A model generated the notes under the pieces. It ran no database searches. It worked only from the letters and a program-made list of their open reading frames with translations, and was not told the DNA's origin. Made by a program: the position numbers and the translations under genes. A stretch of DNA of 46,081 nt, taken from positions 1 through 46,081 of the forward strand of contig JAFXKQ010000078.1 in assembly GCA_017531625.1 (NCBI GenBank). The letters are read 5' to 3'. Below, piece by piece: positions 9,799-19,352 of the stretch (its first letter is position 1; each line of letters begins with the position of its first letter). This stretch comes from Clostridia bacterium (GTDB lineage Bacteria; Bacillota; Clostridia; Oscillospirales; CAG-382).

Positions 9799-10656
9799 TC
9801 AACCATCTATAAACATTGTACCGATACCCTCATCGGTAAGAATCTCCACGATGATGGAATGAGGAACTCGGCCATCAATGATGAACACTTTTTTAACGCC
9901 GTTGTTGATAGCTTCGATACAGCATTGAGTTTTGGGAATCATTCCGCCGGAAATGACGCCATCTTCAATAAGTTTGGGAGCCTCACTCACACGGATAGTG
10001 GGAATCAAAGAAGAAACGTCGTCCTTGTCTCTGAGAATGCCGCTAATGTCCGTCATTGAAATAAGACTCTCTGCACCGAGGGCAGCGGCAATGCGTGAAG
10101 CCGCCGTGTCAGCGTTGACGTTATAAACGTTACCCTCTTTGTCACAGCCAACCGTGGAAATGACGGGAATGTAACCCTTTTCAAGAACGTCGTTAATGGG
10201 GTCTGCATTGATGCCCGTGATTTCACCAACGTAACCGAGGCGTTCGTCAAGCATCTTAGCTTGGATCATGTGGCCGTCAAGACCGCAAAGGCCAATGGCT
10301 CTGCCGCCCGTGTTTTGGAGAAGGTTAACAAGGCTCTTGTTTATTTTACCTGCAAGAACCATCTGAACCACCTCAACCGTTTCCCGGTCGGTAACTCTGA
10401 GCCCGTCCACAAATTGAGTTTCCTTCCCCACTTTTTTGAGGGTTTCCGTAATTTCAGGGCCGCCGCCGTGGACAAGAACAACCTTAACGCCAATCAACGA
10501 CAAAAGCGTGATGTCGCCCATTACGGCTTTTTTCAGTTCTTCGTTAAGCATTGCGCTACCGCCGTATTTAACGACAATGGTTTTGTCCGTGTATTCTCTT
10601 ATGTAAGGAAGTGCTTGAGTTAAAACCTCAGCACGTTCTGCATTAGACAAGTTCAT
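9799..10656 (-). CDS. argB: acetylglutamate kinase
   Basis: VVKYGGSAM...VLVHGGGPEI...NVNADTAA are the typical amino-acid kinase/ArgB motifs. Sits in the arg operon. Confidence 0.92.
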   Translation of the reverse strand: MNLSNAERAEVLTQALPYIREYTDKTIVVKYGGSAMLNEELKKAVMGDITLLSLIGVKVVLVHGGGPEITETLKKVGKETQFVDGLRVTDRETVEVVQMVLAGKINKSLVNLLQNTGGRAIGLCGLDGHMIQAKMLDERLGYVGEITGINADPINDVLEKGYIPVISTVGCDKEGNVYNVNADTAASRIAAALGAESLISMTDISGILRDKDDVSSLIPTIRVSEAPKLIEDGVISGGMIPKTQCCIEAINNGVKKVFIIDGRVPHSIIVEILTDEGIGTMFIDG

Positions 10657-10703
10657 TTTATAAAAACATCCCTTTCAAAAAGCCTTTTATTCAAAAAACT
10701 TTA

Positions 10704-11948
10704 TTATGTACGGTAATCACCGTTTATCTTGACGTAATCGTAGGTGAGGTCACATCCCCAGGCAGTGGCAGAAAACTCACCCTTGCCAACGGAAATGAGA
10801 ATCTGAATCTCGTTCTCCACAAGGATCTCCTTAGCCTTTTCCTCAGAAAAAGCAACTCCCGCGCCGTTTTTGCAAACCTCAATCTCGCCGGCCTTTGATT
10901 TAAAGGAAACGTCAACCGCATTAACGTCGATGTCGGCACCGCTGTAACCGAGAGCGCAAAGCACTCTGCCCCAGTTAGCGTCAGCACCGAACATAGCCGC
11001 CTTCAACAAAGAGGAACAAATAACAGCCTTAGCACAAACAGCGGCGGTTTCGTACCTGTCCGCACCCTTAACCGTGCATTCCAAAAGCTTTGTCGCACCC
11101 TCGCCGTCAGCAGCAATCTTACGGCAGAGGTCGGTGGTAACCGCAGAAAGAGCCGCCTTGAAAATCTCAAACGCCTCGCCCTTTTCGGTAATGGTCTTGT
11201 TGTTGGCAAGGCCGTTAGCGAGTACGGAAACCATGTCATTGGTAGAGGTGTCACCGTCAACGCTTACCATGTTGAAGGAGGTCTTAACGTCCTCTTTCAG
11301 CGCCTCGTTAAGAAGCTCAGGGCTGATTGAAACGTCCGTGGTAACAAAAACAAGCATCGTCGCCATGTTGGGATGAATCATACCCGAACCCTTGGCAATT
11401 CCGCCGATGCGGCATTCAACGCCGTCGATCTCAAATCTGTAAGCCACGTCCTTCTTCTTTGTATCCGTGGTCATAATCGCCTCAGCGGCGTAGTCACTGC
11501 ACTCACTGCAATCCCCAAGCCCCGCAACAAGTGAAGGGATAGCTTCAACAATGGGATTAACGTCGAGGGGCTGACCGATAACTCCCGTAGAAGCAACAAT
11601 GACGTCCTTTTCGGAAATGTCGAGGCTGTTGCCGAGGGAAGCGCACATTTTTTTGGCAATGTCGATGCCGCCAGCGTTGCAGGTGTTAGCGTTACCGCTG
11701 TTGCAGATAACAGCGTAAGCGTAGCCGTCGGTAAGATTGTCTTTTGTAACGATGAGAGGCGCACCCTTAACAAGGTTCTGCGTATAAACCGCCGCAGCGC
11801 AAGCCTTTTTCTCGCTGTAAATCAGACCGAGGTCCTTCTTAGCCTTGTTCTTGCGGATACCGCAATGAACGCCGTTTGCAAGGAATCCCTTTGCGGCACA
11901 AACACCGCCCTCAATGGGTTCAAGTACGCCCTTATTTATGTAACTCAT
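10704..11948 (-). CDS. argJ: bifunctional glutamate N-acetyltransferase / amino-acid acetyltransferase
   Basis: Contains the ArgJ autoproteolysis site context ..HPNMATMLVFVTTD... Length is 414 aa, in the arg operon. Confidence 0.92.
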   Translation of the reverse strand: MSYINKGVLEPIEGGVCAAKGFLANGVHCGIRKNKAKKDLGLIYSEKKACAAAVYTQNLVKGAPLIVTKDNLTDGYAYAVICNSGNANTCNAGGIDIAKKMCASLGNSLDISEKDVIVASTGVIGQPLDVNPIVEAIPSLVAGLGDCSECSDYAAEAIMTTDTKKKDVAYRFEIDGVECRIGGIAKGSGMIHPNMATMLVFVTTDVSISPELLNEALKEDVKTSFNMVSVDGDTSTNDMVSVLANGLANNKTITEKGEAFEIFKAALSAVTTDLCRKIAADGEGATKLLECTVKGADRYETAAVCAKAVICSSLLKAAMFGADANWGRVLCALGYSGADIDVNAVDVSFKSKAGEIEVCKNGAGVAFSEEKAKEILVENEIQILISVGKGEFSATAWGCDLTYDYVKINGDYRT

Positions 11949-11967
11949 TTTCGTTTACCTTCCTTCG

Positions 11968-12912
11968 TTAAATGTCAAGTCCCGTGTGAAGCGGCTTACC
12001 AAGCATGATGTTAAGGCATTCAACCGCCGCACCGGAAGCACCCTTGCCGAGGTTATCAAAACGGGCGCAGAGAATAATGCGTTCCTCGTTACCGAAAGCC
12101 GAAACCTCCATGTAATCCTTGCCGGAAAGCCCATTGGAGGAGTACATTCCGTCCTCGTCAGCCGCTTCCCTGTACCTCACAATGTCGCCGTTGTAAAGCT
12201 CTTTGTAAAGCGCCTTGATGTCGTCGATTCCGTAGCCCTTTTCAAGCTGTGAAGCAAAAACAGGAACCGTAACAAGCATACCGCTGTAATAATCCGCAAC
12301 GATGGGGCAGAAAATCGGAGCGTTTTCAAGTCCCGTGATGTAGCTCATCTCTTTGAGATGCTTGTGAGTCTGTCCAAGGGCGTACTGTCTGGGAGAATCA
12401 AGAGCCAAACGTCTTTCCTCGCCCTCGTACTCAGCAATCATTTTTTTACCGCCGCCGCTGTAACCCGTAAGTGAATGACAGCAAAGCTTTGCGTCCTTTG
12501 AAATGATTCCCTTGCTTACAAGAGGCTCAACAAGAGCTATAAAACCGCTGGCGTGGCAACCGGGAACCGCCACACGCTTTGCCGTTTTTACCTTTTCAAA
12601 GTATTCGGGCGAAAGCTCCGGAAAACCGTAAGCAAACTCGGGATTGGTTCTGTGAGCTGTGGAAGTGTCAATAATTCTAAGATTCTCGTTGCTTACCATA
12701 GCAACCGCTTCCATTGCAGCCGCATCGGGCAGACAGAGAAAAGCAACATCTGCAGCATCAAGCATGGCTTTTCTGCACTCGGGCTTTTTTCTGTCCTCGT
12801 CGGAAAGCAGTAAAAGCTCAATGTCATCACGGCTGGAAAGTCTGTCGTAAATTCTAAGCCCCGTAGTGCCTTCTTTACCGTCTATAAAAATCTTATGTAG
12901 CTTGTCAGCCAT
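11968..12912 (-). CDS. argC: N-acetyl-gamma-glutamyl-phosphate reductase (short, about 310-aa type)
   Basis: Active-site PGCHASG. 314 aa, first gene of argCJBD. Confidence 0.9.
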   Translation of the reverse strand: MADKLHKIFIDGKEGTTGLRIYDRLSSRDDIELLLLSDEDRKKPECRKAMLDAADVAFLCLPDAAAMEAVAMVSNENLRIIDTSTAHRTNPEFAYGFPELSPEYFEKVKTAKRVAVPGCHASGFIALVEPLVSKGIISKDAKLCCHSLTGYSGGGKKMIAEYEGEERRLALDSPRQYALGQTHKHLKEMSYITGLENAPIFCPIVADYYSGMLVTVPVFASQLEKGYGIDDIKALYKELYNGDIVRYREAADEDGMYSSNGLSGKDYMEVSAFGNEERIILCARFDNLGKGASGAAVECLNIMLGKPLHTGLDI

Positions 12913-12928
12913 GAAAGAACACCGCCTT

Positions 12929-12966
12929 TTGAATAATATACAATGATGTTTGCATAATTATACGTC
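12929..12966 (-). promoter_or_regulatory. tandem ARG boxes (ArgR/AhrC operator candidates) overlapping the arg promoter
   Basis: Plus strand shows tTGAATAATATACAa (12929-12943) and tTGCATAATTATACg (12950-12964). The starts are 21 bp apart and both resemble the TGAATAATTATTCA-type ARG box. Confidence 0.6.
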
Positions 12967-12985
12967 TATTTTCCCCGTTTGTCAA
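12957..12985 (-). promoter_or_regulatory. sigma-A type promoter of argCJBD
   Basis: Minus strand reads TTGACA (12985-12980), a 17-nt spacer, then TATAAT (12962-12957). Confidence 0.65.
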
Positions 12986-13156
12986 TAGTTTTTCCGCTAA
13001 AAAAGTGCTAAATATTCAAGTGATAGTGCGAAAATTTTATACAAAGCGCACGGGATTTTCACTCAGGGGCTGAGAACGCAAACCAAAACCGCTAAACAGC
13101 AGAAAAAAATCCTGAAGCCTCTTGGCAAACCCAAGAAAAAACCGCTTTATAAATCG

Positions 13157-13184
13157 GAAAACACAGGCAAAAGCCTGTGTTTTC
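13157..13184 (-). terminator. rho-independent terminator after the PH-domain gene (end of the ftsZ transcription unit)
   Basis: GAAAACACAGGC-aaaa-GCCTGTGTTTTC forms a perfect hairpin with a U-rich 3' arm on the minus strand. Confidence 0.65.
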
Positions 13185-13250
13185 TTACAATTAGATAATG
13201 CAATCTGATGTTTAATGCATAAACCGCCGTCAACAGAAAAATCTGTTGTC

Positions 13251-13655
13251 TTAGATTCCGTTACCGTCTCCGTCGTCATCGTCCAAATCGTCGTCATCGC
13301 CGACGATCTCACCGATGCGCATACGGCGTTCTTTCTTCATCTCTTCAATGCAAGCGTGAAGAAGCTCTTTAACCTCAAAGGACTTTTTGATGTTTTTAAG
13401 TACAAGTGTAGGCATTGACTTGTCCGAGGACTGAACCGTAACCGAACCAACCCCAAAAAGCTTCTGCCAAAGGCTTCTGCTGAGGCTGAGGTCACGCACA
13501 CGGTAAAGCACAACTTCTTCAAACTTGGAAGTAAAGAAACCCGTCTTAACAAAAATCCTGTCCTTGCTAAGGCTGTACTTGGTAAAGCTTAAGGGCATGC
13601 CGAGTATGCGCTTTCTGTCATTCCAAAGGTACTCAATCTTTGATTTGGTAGCCAT
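13251..13655 (-). CDS. bacterial PH-domain (bPH_2/YdbS-like) protein with poly-acidic C-terminal tail
   Basis: SFTKYSLSKDRIFVKTGFFTSKFEEVVLYRVRDLSL..SLWQKLFGVGSVTV resembles bPH_2. The tail is GDDDDLDDDDGDGNGI. GGGAGGA RBS, and only 48 bp downstream of ftsZ. Confidence 0.75.
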   Translation of the reverse strand: MATKSKIEYLWNDRKRILGMPLSFTKYSLSKDRIFVKTGFFTSKFEEVVLYRVRDLSLSRSLWQKLFGVGSVTVQSSDKSMPTLVLKNIKKSFEVKELLHACIEEMKKERRMRIGEIVGDDDDLDDDDGDGNGI

Positions 13656-13703
13656 GCCGTATCCTCCCGACTTTCAAAAATCCAAAAGGGTCATCCCAAA
13701 AGA

Positions 13704-14798
13704 TTAATAACGGTCGTAATTGCTCTTACGGTTGTTGTTAAGCATAGCGATAATGCCGTCAAGCTCAGCGTCGTCGCTGAGGGGAGCGGACTCGCCGTTC
13801 TTTCTCTCTTCTGCAGGAGCAGCAACAGGCATAACTCTGTTACCGCGCTTGTCAGCGTCAAAACCTGTAGCAACGAGAGTAATTCTCATTTCGTCCTCAA
13901 GGCTTGCGTCAAATGCCGCACCGAAGATGATGGTAGCATCGGGATGAGCCTCGCTTGTAATCATAGCAACTGCATTGTCAACCTCGTCGAGTGCAATGTC
14001 AGGAGAAGCCATAATGTTGATAACGATACCTCTTGCGCCGCTGATGTTGGTTTCGAGAAGCGGACTGCTCATAGCAAGCTTTGCAGCCTGTTCTGCCTTG
14101 TCCTTGCCCTTAGCTTCGCCAACGCCCATGTGAGCGAGGCCTGCGTTGAGCATTACGCTGGAAACGTCAGCAAAGTCAAGGTTGATGACACCGTTGCAGA
14201 GAATGAGGTCACAGATGCTCTGAACGCCCTTTCTGAGGATGTCGTCAGCCTCCTGGAAAGCGTTGAGGAAAGTGATTCTCTTGTCAGTAAGTAATTTGAG
14301 GCGCTCGTTGGGAATAACGATGAGGGAGTCAACGTGCTCCTTGAGCTTTTCGATACCTGCCTCAGCCTGCTGCATACGCTTCTTACCTTCGAAAGCGAAG
14401 GGCTTGGTAACAACAGCAACTGTGAGGATGCCCATGTCCTTAGCAGCCTTAGCAACTACGGGAGCTGCGCCCGTACCCGTACCGCCGCCCATACCTGCGG
14501 TGATGAACACCATATCTGCGCCCTTGATAGAGTCAGTAATCTGTTCAAGGGACTCGTCAGCAGCCTTTTCGCCAAGCTCAGGGTTGCCGCCGCAACCTCT
14601 GCCCTTGGTAAGACGTTCACCAATAGCGATGGTGTTGGGTGTGTTGGAATGAGCAAGTATAGCCATATCCGTATTGGCATTAATAAATTCTACGTCCTTT
14701 GCGCCGGAAGCGATCATGCGGTTAACAGCGTTACCGCCGCCGCCACCTACGCCAATAACCTTAATTGTAACGATAGGAGCATTTGTCTTATCAATCAT
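13704..14798 (-). CDS. ftsZ: cell division GTPase FtsZ
   Basis: [17 protein letters not shown] and the tubulin signature [11 protein letters not shown]. Confidence 0.97.
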   Translation of the reverse strand: MIDKTNAPIVTIKVIGVGGGGGNAVNRMIASGAKDVEFINANTDMAILAHSNTPNTIAIGERLTKGRGCGGNPELGEKAADESLEQITDSIKGADMVFITAGMGGGTGTGAAPVVAKAAKDMGILTVAVVTKPFAFEGKKRMQQAEAGIEKLKEHVDSLIVIPNERLKLLTDKRITFLNAFQEADDILRKGVQSICDLILCNGVINLDFADVSSVMLNAGLAHMGVGEAKGKDKAEQAAKLAMSSPLLETNISGARGIVINIMASPDIALDEVDNAVAMITSEAHPDATIIFGAAFDASLEDEMRITLVATGFDADKRGNRVMPVAAPAEERKNGESAPLSDDAELDGIIAMLNNNRKSNYDRY

Positions 14799-14851
14799 TT
14801 TATGTTTCCTCCCGAGTTAATAAAAAAATCCCTACTTTTATATTCTTAAAC

Positions 14852-14880
14852 ATTATAATACGGTTTTGACGGAAATTCAA
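14852..14880 (-). promoter_or_regulatory. sigma-A type promoter directly upstream of ftsZ
   Basis: Minus strand reads TTGAAT (14880-14875), a 17-nt spacer, then TATAAT (14857-14852). An A-tract UP-like element (AAAAAAATAAAAAAAA) lies just upstream. Confidence 0.6.
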
Positions 14881-14917
14881 GTGTTTTTTTTATTTTTTTG
14901 CGTGTAACTGCATTTTT

Positions 14918-15751
14918 TTACGTTTCAGGGGAGAAAGTACCCGTTTTTACCTCAGAAACGTCAATTTTTCCCTTACTTCCGCCGTACAGCTTGTCCACGA
15001 TTCCGCATAAGAACGAAAGCTTGACATCGCACTCCGAGATGTCGCCCAGATAAACCCTGTAAATGCCGTCGTAATCAAGGTACAGGTCGAAACGGCTCGT
15101 AGCATCGATTTCACGCACCTTGTTTTCGATGTGCTCGTAGCGAAGCCCCTCATAAAGCCTGCACACAACGTCGCCCGTACGGTTGTCGGAAAAACTCAGT
15201 TCCTCCCCCACAACACAGCGTCTGATGTTTTCGGGCAGTACCGTAAGCTTAACCAAAGCTTCGGTTTTCGCTTCCGAGCTCTCGCTCACCTCAAGAACCT
15301 GCAAATCATCCGTAAGAAAATAGCTCTTCTCAGCAAAATCAAGATAAAGCGATGCCTGCTTTTCCTTTACGGTTACGTTCACCGTAGACGGAAGCTTTCG
15401 CTCCACCTTTACCTCTGCCAGATAAGGTAGGGATTTTATTATCCGTTCCCCTGCCTCGTCGCAATCGAAGGAATAAATGTTTTCCCCCATTTCAAATCCG
15501 AGCTTGGAAACGATCTCCTCACGGCTGTATCTCGTATCCCCGTTCACATTAACGGTTTTAACCTTGAAAAGCGTAACAAAACAGACGGAAAGAAAAACAA
15601 TGTTCAACACAACGAACAGCAAAACATAAAACACCTTGCGTCTTGTGCGTCTGTGCTGTTGCCGTTTCTGCAACTGGTCAATCGTGATGGAACGGCGCTT
15701 AAAACGGGTTTGTTCGTTGCCCTGCCCGTTAACGTGTGCGCTTTCCCTCAT
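14918..15751 (-). CDS. ftsQ: cell division protein FtsQ/DivIB (POTRA-containing)
   Basis: Basic N-terminus, a single TM (VFYVLLFVVLNIVFLSVCFVTLF), then VKTVNVNGDTRYSREEI, a POTRA-like start. Lies between murG and ftsZ. Confidence 0.8.
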   Translation of the reverse strand: MRESAHVNGQGNEQTRFKRRSITIDQLQKRQQHRRTRRKVFYVLLFVVLNIVFLSVCFVTLFKVKTVNVNGDTRYSREEIVSKLGFEMGENIYSFDCDEAGERIIKSLPYLAEVKVERKLPSTVNVTVKEKQASLYLDFAEKSYFLTDDLQVLEVSESSEAKTEALVKLTVLPENIRRCVVGEELSFSDNRTGDVVCRLYEGLRYEHIENKVREIDATSRFDLYLDYDGIYRVYLGDISECDVKLSFLCGIVDKLYGGSKGKIDVSEVKTGTFSPET

Positions 15752-15851
15752 TGTTTCTCCTCCTTTCAGCCTTTATTCTCAAAAACCGAATCCTGTTTCT
15801 CAACAATTTCGTTTAACTTTAACTCTCACGCACTTAGCGGAAAGCTAAACG

Positions 15852-16964
15852 CTACTTTTTAATCAATTCCAAAGCCATCTCACAAATTCGCTTTGCCGCA
15901 TTGGGCCTTCCGAACGCCTTTGCATTCGCACCGATGCGTTTAAGCCTCTCACCGTCATTGACAAGACGCTTAACCTCCTCGGTGAGCTTTTTACCGTCAA
16001 GCTCAGACTCCCTGAACACCACAGCCGCTTCCTTGTCAGCAAGGGCTTTTGCGTTTTTGTACTGGTGGTCATCGGTTACGTTGGGCGACGGAATCAGAAT
16101 GGACGGTCTGCCCATAACGCAAAGCTCTGCCAAGGTGATGGCGCCTGCACGGCAAATGAGCAAGTCCGCCGCCGCAAGATGCTTATCCATGTCATAAATG
16201 TACTCTTCGATTTTTACGTTTGAAAGCTTATCAAAGCCCTTTTCCTTTGCGATGGCGGAATACTTCTCAAAGCCTCCGCTTCCCGTGGCGTGGTAATAAC
16301 GAATCGCCGTGTTGCGAATGTAACTGTCAATCAGCTCAAAACAAAACTCGTTTACCTTTTCCGCACCCAGACTGCCCCCAAAGGAAACAATGTAAATCTC
16401 GTTTTCACCAATGCCCAAAGCCTGTCTTGCTTTTTTTCTGTCTGCGTTTTCGATTTCGGGCTTCAAGGGGTTGCCCGTAATGACAGCCTTCTCTCTCTGT
16501 TCGGGAGTGAAGTATTTTTCCGTGCCGTCAAAGCTCAGACAAATTCTGTCTGCGTATTTCGCAAGCTGTTTAGTGGTAACCCCGGGGAAAGCGTTCTGCT
16601 CATGAATGAGAGTAGGCACTCCAAGCTTTGCCGCCGCCTTCACAGCCGCCCAGCTTGCGTAACCGCCCGTTCCGATAACCACGTCGGGCTTGAACCTCTT
16701 AATGATTTTCTTCGCCGCAAAAACAGAGGTAACCGCCTTTATCGCCGCATCAATGTTTGAAAGCGACAGCTTTCTCTTAAACCCTCGAGCCTTAACGAAT
16801 TCTATTTCGTAACCGGCCTTGGTAACAAGCTTCTGCTCCATACCGTTTTTAGTTCCGACAAAAAGGATTTCCGCATCCTTGTTTCCAAGCTTAACCGTGT
16901 TTGCGATGGCAATAGCAGGATTTATGTGTCCGCCCGTTCCGCCGCAGGAAAACAAAACCTTCAT
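15852..16964 (-). CDS. murG: undecaprenyldiphospho-muramoylpentapeptide beta-N-acetylglucosaminyltransferase
   Basis: MKVLFSCGGTGGHINPAIA is the MurG G-loop. I prefer the ATG at 16964 over the TTG track start at 16985. Confidence 0.92.
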   Translation of the reverse strand: MKVLFSCGGTGGHINPAIAIANTVKLGNKDAEILFVGTKNGMEQKLVTKAGYEIEFVKARGFKRKLSLSNIDAAIKAVTSVFAAKKIIKRFKPDVVIGTGGYASWAAVKAAAKLGVPTLIHEQNAFPGVTTKQLAKYADRICLSFDGTEKYFTPEQREKAVITGNPLKPEIENADRKKARQALGIGENEIYIVSFGGSLGAEKVNEFCFELIDSYIRNTAIRYYHATGSGGFEKYSAIAKEKGFDKLSNVKIEEYIYDMDKHLAAADLLICRAGAITLAELCVMGRPSILIPSPNVTDDHQYKNAKALADKEAAVVFRESELDGKKLTEEVKRLVNDGERLKRIGANAKAFGRPNAAKRICEMALELIKK

Positions 16965-17066
16965 AAAAAAGCAACCGCCTTTCAATAACCGAAGCCTTCC
17001 CTTTTGTCTTTTCAGAGAGCAAAAAAGGGAGGAAGTATTTTTTTGATAAAGCTTCGGTTAAAAGTG

Positions 17067-18278
17067 TCAACCTCTGTCGAGATAAGAGTATCTGGAAACC
17101 GAAAGAATGACGCCCATCTGCGCCAACCAAATCCAAAGCGAAGTTCCGCCGTAGCTGAAGAACGGAAGCCCGATTCCCGTACTTGGGATAGTGTTGGTAA
17201 CAACGGCAATGTTGAGCAACACGTGGATGGCAAGGGAACAAATGATGCCCATAACAAGGAGGGAGGCGTATCTGTTGGGGGCACGTTTAGCGATAACAAA
17301 TCCGCGCCAAACGAGTGCGGCAAAAAGGAACAGCACAACCGCCGCCCCAAAAAATCCAAGCTCCTCGCAAAGAATCGAAAAGATGTAGTCGTTGTGAGCT
17401 TCGGGGAGGTACGCATGCTTCTGATTGCTCTGCCCGAGTCCCAAGCCGAAGAATCCCCCTGCACAAATGGCGTAAAGGGATTGAATGGGCTGATAGCCGT
17501 CACCCTTGGGGTCGATAAAAGGATCTCTCCAAACGGCAATTCGCGCCATGGAATGCGCCATTGTCTGAAGCACAACAAAAATTCCCGCAGCGCCGACTCC
17601 AACGCAAGTTCCGCAGAAAATCACGCTTGTACCGCCAAGCCACATCATTATAAACACGATGGCACAAAGAATGATGGTACAGCTCATGTGTTTTTGCATA
17701 ATTGTCGGAACGATGGACGCCAAAAGGAACAAAGCAAAGGGAAGCACTCCCTTTGAGAACTTTTTCATTTCACCGGCGTGGTCGGTAATCCACTTAGCGC
17801 AAATGAGAATGAGAGCGAATTTAAGAATTTCCGAGGGCTGAACGTCGGTGAACCCGAGATTAAGCCAACGTCTCGCACCGTTTCTGACAAGACCGATGCC
17901 GGGAATCGCCGTAAGTATGTTCATTCCGATGGCAACAAGGAAAAGCAGTGTTGAAAACCTTTTAAGCCAACGGTAATCCGCAAATTTGGTGGTGACCGCT
18001 AAAACCAGCATTCCGAGAACCACAAAAACCAAGTGTTTTCTTGCCGTGTAAAAGCTGTCCCCGTACTTACTGAGAGCCGAGGGGTAGCTTGCGCTGAAAA
18101 TCATAACCGAACCGATGCCCAGCAGCACCAGTACAAGAATCAAAAACGGACGGTCAATCTCACCGACAAGTCTTACGATCTTGGCAGTTTGTTTCTGCCT
18201 CTGTCTGTCCTCGGGACGACGCACATAAATTTTCTTAGATTTATTTTCAGGCTTTACGGGAACCTGTGTCGCAGCCAT
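17067..18278 (-). CDS. ftsW: SEDS-family peptidoglycan glycosyltransferase FtsW/SpoVE
   Basis: Polytopic membrane protein with SEDS motifs (ILKFALIL, DFIFSILCEELGFFG, LPFFSYGGTS) in dcw context. Start is uncertain between the ATG at 18278 and the GTG at 18287. Confidence 0.88.
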   Translation of the reverse strand: MAATQVPVKPENKSKKIYVRRPEDRQRQKQTAKIVRLVGEIDRPFLILVLVLLGIGSVMIFSASYPSALSKYGDSFYTARKHLVFVVLGMLVLAVTTKFADYRWLKRFSTLLFLVAIGMNILTAIPGIGLVRNGARRWLNLGFTDVQPSEILKFALILICAKWITDHAGEMKKFSKGVLPFALFLLASIVPTIMQKHMSCTIILCAIVFIMMWLGGTSVIFCGTCVGVGAAGIFVVLQTMAHSMARIAVWRDPFIDPKGDGYQPIQSLYAICAGGFFGLGLGQSNQKHAYLPEAHNDYIFSILCEELGFFGAAVVLFLFAALVWRGFVIAKRAPNRYASLLVMGIICSLAIHVLLNIAVVTNTIPSTGIGLPFFSYGGTSLWIWLAQMGVILSVSRYSYLDRG

Positions 18279-18368
18279 AAACCGCACCGTCCTTTCTCTT
18301 GTCCGGTAAAATCATTAAAGATGAGCTTTTATTTAATTATGCACAAAGCTCAAATCGGAGCAAAGGCT

Positions 18369-19352
18369 TTAAATGTTGTTGAAATAAAGAATCACGTATG
18401 CCACAGCACAGCAAACCACTGTAACCGCAGAGAAAACGCCGACGATTTTAAGCTCTGACCAACCCTTCATTTCAAAATGGTGGTGGATGGGAGCCATTTT
18501 GAAAAGACGCTTTTTCGTCATCTTGTAGTAGCCAACCTGAAGGATTACGGAAACGCCCTCGATGAAGTAAATCAAACCGATGAAGAAGATAAGAATTGAT
18601 GCGTTGGTCCAAAAGCCCATAAGCATGGTAACGCTTCCGAGGAAAAGTGAACCCGTGTCACCCATAAAGACCTTTGCGGGATAAAAATTGAAGTAAAGGA
18701 ACGCAAGCAAAGCACCGATGACAGCGGCAGTAAATACGCCCATGTCCTGCTTTTCAAAAAAGAGTGAAAAGATGAAGAACATAGTCATTATGATGCAGGA
18801 AATGCTGCCCGCAAGCCCGTCGATTCCGTCAGTAAGATTGGCGCAGTTAATGAGATAAACCATTACGAGAATTGCAATAATGTAGTAGAAAACGCCAAGC
18901 TCGATTTGTAAATCGGTAAGAGGAATGCTGATTTTGGTGTCAATCTTTCCCATTGCGTTCATAACCCAAAGGTACGCACCGGAGGTCACGATGAGGAACG
19001 CCATTTTTTGCGACGGAGAAAGCCCCTTGTTCTGCTTTTTGAAAAGCTTAACGTAGTCGTCAATAAAACCGACAGCCCCCGTAAGTACGGCAAACCCGAG
19101 ATTTACAGCAACGGTGTAATCACCTCTCCTGATGGCATCGGGCAACCCGAAAATGAGGACGGAAACCGCAATGCCGGTAATGAAGAACAAACCGCCCATG
19201 GTGGGAGTGCCCTCTTTGCTCTTGTGCCAGTTGGGCCCGATTTCAAGAATCTTCTGCCCCAGCTTAACTTTTCTGAGCACGGGAATAAAAACTTTGAGCA
19301 AAACCGCTGTAATAACAAGGGAAACTACGAAAGATAAGCAAATCTTAATCAT
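18369..19352 (-). CDS. mraY: phospho-N-acetylmuramoyl-pentapeptide transferase
   Basis: KEGTPTMGG, NLTDGIDGLA and PAKVFMGDTGSL are MraY motifs. The ATG at 19352 makes an ATGA overlap with the murF stop, so I prefer it to the track start at 19379. Confidence 0.92.
   Translation of the reverse strand: MIKICLSFVVSLVITAVLLKVFIPVLRKVKLGQKILEIGPNWHKSKEGTPTMGGLFFITGIAVSVLIFGLPDAIRRGDYTVAVNLGFAVLTGAVGFIDDYVKLFKKQNKGLSPSQKMAFLIVTSGAYLWVMNAMGKIDTKISIPLTDLQIELGVFYYIIAILVMVYLINCANLTDGIDGLAGSISCIIMTMFFIFSLFFEKQDMGVFTAAVIGALLAFLYFNFYPAKVFMGDTGSLFLGSVTMLMGFWTNASILIFFIGLIYFIEGVSVILQVGYYKMTKKRLFKMAPIHHHFEMKGWSELKIVGVFSAVTVVCCAVAYVILYFNNI

Noticed and set aside
13037-13312. 91-aa minus-strand ORF spanning the intergenic region upstream of the arg promoter
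   Set aside because: It runs through the terminator hairpin at 13157-13184 and overlaps the end of the PH-domain gene. It has no RBS.
17004-17756. 250-aa plus-strand ORF and 196-aa minus-strand out-of-frame ORF overlapping ftsW
   Set aside because: The SEDS-family frame carries all the conserved motifs. The alternatives are Arg/Ser/Lys-rich nonsense with no RBS.
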